DNA from: Octopus sinensis
Taxonomy: Eukaryota
DNA length: 17,838 bases
Direction of reading: 5' to 3'
Assembly: GCF_006345805.1 (NCBI RefSeq)
Contig: NW_021824608.1
Location: 1-17,838, forward strand
The notes beneath the pieces were generated by a model. It was not told where the DNA came from. It worked only from the letters and a program-made list of their open reading frames with translations, and made no database searches. Positions 9,930 to 17,838 of this stretch are shown one piece after another; positions within the stretch are counted from its first letter, which is position 1; the number at the start of each line of letters is the position of its first letter. The translations under genes and the position numbers were made by a program.

Positions 9930-10432
9930 TTGGATTGTCAGATTAATTCTTTCTTTTATTGTAACATTATTTGAAATAAAAGGAAAAATATTTCTATCGT
10001 AGTATTTATTATTTTTTGTAGCTGTACCTTTGTTTTCGAAATTTGAATAAATTTTACTTCTTTTTTATGTTTTTTTTCTCTGCAGACCCAAGTGGAAAAC
10101 ATTGCATTCTAGGCATTTGCTCCTTTCTGCTTTCAATCAAGATTCTAAATCTGCCAGATCCGTTAGAGACAGTTGTGCTGTCCACAGAGAAGGCGCTGTT
10201 ACGAAAAGAACTGCAAAGGAAAGGAAATTCGTAATCACAGACTCTCCGTGTTCCCATCAATGCGGACTGATTGATCGAGCTCTTCCACGAGGACCGTACC
10301 AATCTATAAGGGAATTGGCCCAGCAGCTGGAATGCTCTCATGATACCCTCAGTTGCCCTCGAAATGTCCAAAGCTTACGTACATGAAAATACATGCAAAA
10401 GAAGGAACGAATAATTTTATCTGACAACCCAA
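9930..10432 (+). mobile_element. Mariner element 4: ~500 bp internally deleted, non-autonomous derivative
   Basis: TIRs ttggattgtcagatta.. vs reverse complement of right ttgggttgtcagataa..; TA at 9928-9929 and 10433-10434; ORF 10102-10386 (RHLLLSAFNQ..RD.CAV..EGAV..RT...SIRELAQQLECSHDT) resembles the mariner N-terminal HTH region. Confidence 0.85.
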
Positions 10433-10489
10433 TATATACGTACATTTCAAGAAAAGTGAGCGCGAACCAAATTATTTTCCTGGGTCTAT

Positions 10490-11148
10490 TCCTAGGTCTG
10501 TTTTTAATTCTCCGCATTATTGCTAGAAGGGCAGGAAGGAATATGACTTATACACATAGATGATTTTTTGTCTTTCCTTAGACTTTCAGTCTTGTAAGCT
10601 GTACCATAAACCCCAAAAGAAACTTTTCTACACACACAAACAGTTCTGCCACTCCCTATAGAGTTTCAAACCTTATAGCAATCATTAGCAATAAGATATC
10701 CGACCTATCTTCTAAAGAAATTATTGATAAGGCAACCCTCTACTATAACAATGCCCTCGCTAACAAGAATAACAAGAATAATTTCGTTCGCTCCACACTT
10801 TTCCCTCTCAGTAGGTTAAAGATTCCTGTCTCTCTTAGATAAACATTTCCCAGAAAATCGCAAATATAGAAAATCTTCGACAGACGTTCAATGAATTATC
10901 ATATAGCTGTTGTCCAATATGAACAGCATCATTACGCGAAAATATCAGCAAGAGCTCAATTCGTATTGTAACTGTCGAGAGCTTGGTACTTGTCTACTCT
11001 ACCAGGGCTGCATGATAAACTCCGCCCTGTATAAAGCAGAAATCTCAGCAACGCTGCATGATAACCTAAACGAAAAGAGGTATTACTTCGCAAGTCGTTA
11101 TGCTAAACACGTTTCTTCTTTCAAAACAAATGCAAGATATGCGTAGCT
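10490..11148 (+). mobile_element. Decayed Penelope-like element (RT C-terminus, linker, start of GIY-YIG region)
   Basis: Across frameshifts: LYHKP..., ISDLSSKEIIDKATLYYNNAL, IISFAPHFSLSV, RFLSLLDKHFP, KIFDRR, LSYSCCPNMNSII, CNCR....CLL.QGC....LYKAEI, matching the recalled PLE linker and cysteine pattern. Confidence 0.72.
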
Positions 11149-11173
11149 GAAAAATATCATATCCTTTTTTTAG

Positions 11174-11536
11174 AGTCCAAATGCGTGACACCTTGGGCAA
11201 GTGTTTTCAGCCATAGACTCGGACCCAGCAAAGCCTTGTGGTTTGATTTGATAGATGAAAACCGAAAGAAGCCCGTCGCTTCTGTGGTGTGTGTGTGCAT
11301 GTGTGTATGAGTGTTTGTGTGTATGTGAGTGTGTGCTTGTGTCCGTGTTTTCCCCACTACCGTTTGAGAACCGGTGTTGGTGTATTTACATCCCTGTAAC
11401 AGCGGTTTGACAATAGGAATCGACAGAATAACAAGCAGGCTTCAAAGAAAATAAGTACTGGGGTAGATCTCAAAAAAAATTCCTCATGGCATTGCTCCAG
11501 AATGGCCGCAGTCTAATGCCTGGAACAAGTAAAAGA
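11174..11536 (+). mobile_element. 5'-truncated SINE with internal (GT)n
   Basis: Colinear with 579-888. Confidence 0.85.
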
Positions 11537-11564
11537 CAACAGATAACGATACAAAGATAAACTA

Positions 11565-11937
11565 TATGTGTGTGTGTGTGAGTGTGTGTGTGTGTCTGAT
11601 TATGTATCTATCTGTATACAGGTATATATGTACGTATATAGATGTATCCTATGCCTGCGTATGTACAGAGGTTGTACATATGTATGTACATAAATTATAA
11701 TAAATTATAATAAATTATTTATTGGCGGTCTTGAGATACCCGACATTCCCTTCTCTTGTCCCCACACAGACACTATTGTTATGGCTGCAATTAATATATA
11801 ATTATTGATAGTTTCAGTAACAGAATACATCGTTCGTTTTGGTGAGAGATGTAATGGCGACAGGAAAGAAAACGTCTGCTATTATTTCATTCTCTCTCTT
11901 TCTTACTCTCTTTATACATACACACATGCATATGCAC

Positions 11938-11976
<39 letters not shown>

Positions 11977-12171
11977 CGCATACATATATGTACATATATA
12001 AATACATATATGCATAACATATTCATGCATACATATACACATTGTGGTACATTATCAACTCTCTCTGTCTCATTTTCAGTCTCTCTCCCTCTCACTTACT
12101 CTCTGTCTCTCTACCTCATTCGCTTCCTCTTGGTGTATACACATAGACACACACACACCAGTGTATGTACG

Positions 12172-12207
<36 letters not shown>

Positions 12208-12545
12208 CATACAAATGTATCAACATATATATGTGTGTATGTGTGTATAAATACAACTTACATGCATATATACGTAATATATATATATATATAAATACAC
12301 ACACTCCACACACTCACACACACATATATATTCACATTTACAAATGAGAATTATCATGCATATATACGCACACCTATATACAAACACACACACAGATATA
12401 CGTACATTTTAGAATGGAAAATCTACATGAACTACGTCACACATACTCACACATAAATACCCATACTAAGACAATCACACACACACACACTCAAATACAC
12501 ATGCGCATGCGTGCACACTGTCATACACACATATATACACATATA
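11565..12545. repeat. Compound (TG)/(TA)/(CT)/(CA) microsatellite region with short unique spacers
   Basis: Directly visible. Confidence 0.85.
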
Positions 12546-12799
12546 TACAAGCTATTCCAAGAAGCTTTCACACGTTATAACAGTAAAAACGTACGACATT
12601 CGAGTGACTATCACTAGGTCTTCGCCGATTAATATTCCCATAATTTCAACAGTTTCCACCAGATCAAAGCTTTAAGCTTTACGATTAACCATAAAACTTT
12701 CCGAAGTGGATGTTAAATTCTAGGTTAAACCCCAAGAAACCAACGCTTTGGCAATTTACAGACATTTACAGTAATCGAAATATTTATTGCTTAGAATCT

Positions 12800-13745
<946 letters not shown>

Positions 13746-14134
13746 ATAATTCTGGAGGCAGTGTTTGCATACCGGAAGTGTAGACAACAGTTGGAAACGA
13801 ATGAAGAAGGGAACAAAGGAAAAAGAAAGAAAGAAGGAAAATAAAAAGAAAGAGAAATAAAAAGAAATCTAAAAAAGGGATAGATATAACGAAAGAAAGC
13901 AGAGAGAAATAAATCGAAATATGGAGGACAGAAAATGGAGGAAAGGTGTTAAATGGCGATTATGTTATGTTGGTTAAGAGTTGACGTAAACCATTGTACT
14001 GTTGAGCAATAATATATATTGTATCTAAACGTAGAGTTGAAACTATAGGCTTTAAGTACACACACACAGGCAATCAGCATTATTTACACGTGTCTATCTA
14101 TCTATCTATCTATCTTATTTTATTTTATTTTCTC

Positions 14135-14273
14135 TCTCTGCTTATTTCTGTGTTTCTTTCTGTTGAAGAGCGTAGGCTCGAAATATTAAAGAATTTCTCA
14201 CTTCCCCAACGTTAAACTAATACATCTGTTTGTTGTCTACACAGCCTGTCTTCATCGTTTTTTTGTAATAAAT
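14135..14273 (+). mobile_element. Penelope-type terminal-repeat fragment carrying a hammerhead-like motif
   Basis: ctgttgaagagcgtaggctcgaaa motif is of the ctgacgaa-stem-gaaacgt type known from PLE termini; extent approximate. Confidence 0.55.
14154..14193 (+). ncRNA. Minimal type-I hammerhead ribozyme-like motif (variant core)
   Basis: Stem I UUCUUU (14154-14159) with AAAGAA (14188-14193); core CUGUUGA+A; stem II GAGC-GUAG-GCUC; GAAA; palindromic AUAU stem III; NUH = AUU. Confidence 0.5.
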
Positions 14274-14297
14274 TCTATCTATCTATCTATCTATCTA
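14274..14297 (+). repeat. (TCTA)6, 5' flank of Tx1-like copy 1
   Basis: Directly visible. Confidence 0.97.
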
Positions 14298-15367
14298 GCG
14301 GAGGTGGCGAACACGTACATCGCGTCCGTCATCTACTACCGCCTGACCGTCGTACCTTGTCCCGACCCCTACCACACCACAACTACAACGCATCCTCTTT
14401 CGCTTCTTGTGGAAAGGATGCGTCCCCGATGGTCAGGCGATCCATTTGCTGTCAACACCCGTTAAAAGGAGGGCTGGGCATGCCGTGGTTGATGATGCGC
14501 AGACACGCGCTGAGACTGCGACATCTCTCTGGCTCTATGTAGACGACGGTGAACAGGTGTGGTCGCCGTTTGTGAGGCACGCTTTCCCGCAGCTCGTATC
14601 CATGACCGACTGCAGTCGTGGATCAAAAAGAGGCCGAGGAAGGGCGAATGGCACCGCGAGTGTCGCGTTGCTCTCAAGCAACTCTGCCGTCCTGGCGGTC
14701 GACCTTAAGTGACTTCAACACAACCAAAGCATTCTATAGGGGTTTAGTGGAGGGGAGGTACGACGACGAGCTCGGGGCGAACCTGGACGTCGACGAGGAG
14801 TACCTACCCGCCTGTTCGGGACGACTTTCGGGCCAGGGCCCATGGACACTCAGTCCGAGATCCCTGGCCTGGCAGCTACTACCGGATAGCGCTTACCCGT
14901 TCGGGATAAGCTCTACGACACGGCTCGAGAAACACCGGGGCCGACCGTGCCCGAGTGCGGTCAGAGCGACGAAACCGTTCTGCACCACTCGTTCAGTGTC
15001 CAACAATTTCCGACCTGTGGGCTTATGTCGAACAACTGCTGTCACGTGTGGGACGAGTCGGTTTATCAGCTGAGTCTATCGTCAATATTGTCACGCCGCC
15101 TCCTCCTTCCTCAACGGAAGGAAGAGCTATTTTCATCATCCTTGTGGCTATGGCGAAAGAATGTATCTGGTGGACGCGTCTGAAAGGATTGGAGACAAAC
15201 ACTTTCCTCTCTGGTCAATCTCTCATCAACTTCTTCAAGTACCACTTGAAAAGGAAAGTGAAGTAGAGAGGCAAGTTTTGTCTAGCGAATGTTTTAAAAA
15301 AAGATGGGTGAATGTAGCAAGAATGGCACGTATGAATGACGAAGCCACCTTGAGCATAGTCCTATGA
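14298..15367 (+). pseudogene. ORF2 (RT C-terminal part plus CCHC zinc knuckle), frameshifted, copy 1
   Basis: Motifs distributed over three frames by 1-2 nt indels. Confidence 0.88.
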
Positions 15368-15756
15368 ACCCAGAAATCGAAAACAGAGAGTTGCTTATTT
15401 GCAAAAAAAAAAAAAAAAAAAATATAAAATGTGACTTCATTGACCGAGGTTACCGTGGTCTTTTCCGCAGGCTTTTCTTTCCACGGGTAAACCTCACCTG
15501 TCCTCCCCTTTACACTTCATATTGACATTTCTGTGATAACGATCCCTATTGATCATTTTTTTTTCCTCTCTCCCCCCCTTTTTTTTTTTTTTTTTTAACC
15601 CCCCTTATTTTTGTCCTCTTTCTCTCCTTTTACGATCCCTTTTGATCGAACCTCCCCCTTCCTTTTTTTTTTTTTTTTTTTTAATACCTTCAAAAGAAAA
15701 GCTCTACCTTGTAATTTGTTCTATCTGTGTGCAGCCCTGTGTGGCTAATAAAGAAA
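14298..15756 (+). mobile_element. 5'-truncated L1/Tx1-clade non-LTR retrotransposon, copy 1
   Basis: Reconstructed ORF2 C-terminus: NTYIASVIYYRLTVVPCP..LQRILFRFLWKG..VRRSICCQHPLKGGLGMP..AWQ..LPVRDKL..C-x2-C-x8-H-x4-C..KECIWWTR..; stop 15365-15367; 3'UTR with AATAAA at 15747-15752. Confidence 0.9.
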
Positions 15757-15758
15757 CA

Positions 15759-15806
<48 letters not shown>
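15759..15806 (+). repeat. (TATC)12 between copies 1 and 2
   Basis: Directly visible. Confidence 0.97.
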
Positions 15807-16960
15807 GCGTTGCTCTCAAGCAACTCTGCCGTCCTGGGTCGACCTTGAGTGACTTCATCACAACCAAAGCATTCTATAGGGGTTTAGTGGAGCGGAGGTA
15901 CGACGACGAGCTCGGGGCGAACGTGGACGTCGACGAGGTGCACCTGACCTGCCTGGTCGGGACGACTTTCGGGCCAGGGCCCATGGACAACATCCAGAGA
16001 TCCCTGGCCTGGCAGTGCTACCGAGAAGCGCTACCCGTTCGGGATTAGCTCTACAGACACGGCTCGAGAAACACGGGGCCGACCTGCCCGAGATGCGGTC
16101 AGAGCGACGAAACCGTTCTGCACGCACTCGTGCAGTGTCCAACAATTTCCGACCTGTGGGCTTATGTCGAACAACTGCTGTCACGTGTGGACGAGTCGGT
16201 TATGAACTGAGTCTATCGTCAATTTTACGTCACGCCTCCTTCCTTCAAACGGGAGGAAGAGCTATTTTCACATCATCCTTGTGGCTATGGCGAAAGAATG
16301 TATCTGGTGGACGCGTCTGAAAGGATTGGAGACAAACACTTTCCTCTCTGGTCAATCTCTCATCAACTTCTTCAAGTACCACTTGAAAAGGAAAGTGAGA
16401 GTAGAGAGGCAAGTTTTGTCTAGCGAATGTTTTAAAAAAAGATGGGTGAATGTAAGGAAGGTGGCACTTATGAATGACGAAGCCACCTTGAGCATAATCC
16501 TATGAACCCAGAAATTGAAAACAGAGGGTTACCTACTTGCAAACAAATGTGGTAACATATAACAATATTGACCAAGGTTACCGTGGTCTTTTTCGTAGTC
16601 TTTTCTTCCCACGGATAAACCTTACTTGCTTTCCCCTTTACACCATATATCATAACACTGTGATACACGATCCCTATTGATCGTTTTTTTTGCCTCTTCC
16701 CCTTTTCTTCCCCTTTTTTCTTTTTTCATTTCCCTTTTCTTTTGTTCCTTTTCCTTTTCTTCTTTTTTTTATTTTTATTTTTTAATTTTTAATTTTTTTT
16801 TGTTCTTTTCTTCCCTTTTACGATCCCTCTTGATCGAAAAACCTACGCCACCCCTTTTTTTGTTTCTTTTGTTTTTGGTTTTTTTTCCTCCCCCAAGAAA
16901 AGCTCTACCTTGTAACTTGTCCCATCTATGTGCAGCCCTGTGGGCCAATAAAGAAGAAAA
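15807..16960 (+). mobile_element. 5'-truncated L1/Tx1-clade retrotransposon, copy 2
   Basis: Highly similar to copy 1 from position 14665 onward; intact CPRCGQSDETVLHALVQC at 16085-16138; stop 16503-16505; AATAAA at 16947-16952. Confidence 0.92.
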
Positions 16961-16961
16961 C

Positions 16962-16962
<1 letters not shown>

Positions 16963-17010
<48 letters not shown>

Positions 17011-17013
17011 ATA

Positions 17014-17065
<52 letters not shown>

Positions 17066-17066
17066 G

Positions 17067-17104
<38 letters not shown>
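16963..17104 (+). repeat. ~142 nt (TATC)n with minor interruptions
   Basis: Directly visible. Confidence 0.97.
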
Positions 17105-17838
17105 AAAGACATTAACTTAGATTTCCCCTCACTCCCCACACCACTTGTTGATGATAAGAGGACAGAGAAAGGGATTTCAAAAATGAATACAAACGAAAAC
17201 ATGAATGCCAGCACCACCACCATCACCACCACCAACAACAACAACGAAATTGGCACAAAGCCGCCTACCAAAGACAACACCGCCAACACCAACACCACTA
17301 CTACGACGTTCAAATGCTACATCCAGCCTTCTGCTGCTAATACCGCCAAATCCAACACCACTACCATGACTTCAATTAACACTGCCACAATTAACACTTC
17401 TACTGCCAAATTCAAAACGAATTTTGCGGACGTAACAAAACAAAAAAGAACAATTGTAACATTCACCACACAAAGGCACTCTTCTCCAAAGAAGGAGACA
17501 AATTGCACCTTCATATTCCACAACACATCGTGGAAAACACACAAAAAAAAACAATAATTTATAAAGTATATAAACAAAAAAAACAAGAAGAACAGAAAAT
17601 GCACCGCAGGAAAAAATCGATAAATGCCTTCGTCCTGTATGGGACTCCAAGGAATATATCAGTTGGGGAAACAAAGTTGGTACAGTCCAAGTACGTTTCC
17701 TCAACGAAAGTTTAGCAAAACGTTTTTCCACATTGGAGCTGCATTCGGACGACTTGGTAATGATACCAATCTATTTAAACAAAAGGGTCACGAAAGTCCA
17801 AATAAAAACATACCATTTGATGTCGAAACACAATGGTT
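17105..17838 (+). mobile_element. Probable 5' end of a third Tx1-like element (5'UTR plus ORF1), continuing beyond the window
   Basis: Begins exactly at the end of (TATC)n; ATG at 17183; N/T-rich N-terminus; then across frameshifts NAPQEKIDKCLRPVWDSKEYISWGNKVGTVQVRFLNESLAKRF...VMIPIYLNKRVTKVQIK..PFDVETQW, resembling the RRM-like ORF1 pattern of Tx1/L1. Confidence 0.6.
17183..17838 (+). pseudogene. ORF1-like (gag-like/RRM) reading frame with at least 2 frameshifts, partial
   Basis: Three consecutive open segments (17183-17557, ~17468-17715, ~17587-17790) join into one protein-like sequence; breaks lie at or near A-runs. Confidence 0.55.

Noticed and set aside
12560-12790. Unique segment that might be a retroelement relic
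   Set aside because: No convincing protein motif in any frame
14298-16960. Copies 1 and 2 as a simple tandem segmental duplication
   Set aside because: Different 5' truncation points and strongly divergent 3'UTR spacers favour independent insertions; read-level confirmation is still needed
14274-17104. CRISPR-like pattern of repeats separated by unique sequence
   Set aside because: The repeats are simple (TATC)n, the intervening units are >1 kb homologous retrotransposon copies, and the context is eukaryotic
15549-17120. Hydrophobic Phe/Leu-rich ORFs 15549-15848 and 16677-17120
   Set aside because: Translations of poly-pyrimidine 3'UTR tracts and (TATC)n, not membrane proteins

Overview
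AT-rich, microsatellite-saturated animal genomic DNA with no confidently identifiable host gene. The SINE and repeat families resemble coleoid cephalopod (Octopus-like) repeats as I recall them; this is inference, not a database result. The window holds four decayed mariner elements of different families (2530-3749, 6173-7418, 7716-8794, 9930-10432), each with both TIRs and TA flanks. It also has several SINE relics, an RTE-like 3' tail, a decayed Penelope-like RT/GIY-YIG fragment and a minimal hammerhead-like motif. The most notable structure is at the 3' end, a head-to-tail array of L1/Tx1-type retrotransposons each bounded by (TATC)n: (TCTA)6 - 5'-truncated copy 1 - (TATC)12 - 5'-truncated copy 2 - ~142 nt (TATC)n - start of a third, apparently full-length element (short 5'UTR plus ORF1-like frame) running off the window. 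This suggests a retrotransposon that specifically targets TATC/GATA microsatellites. One candidate host exon lies near 4.86-5.06 kb. Most ORFs in the supplied track are microsatellite artefacts.
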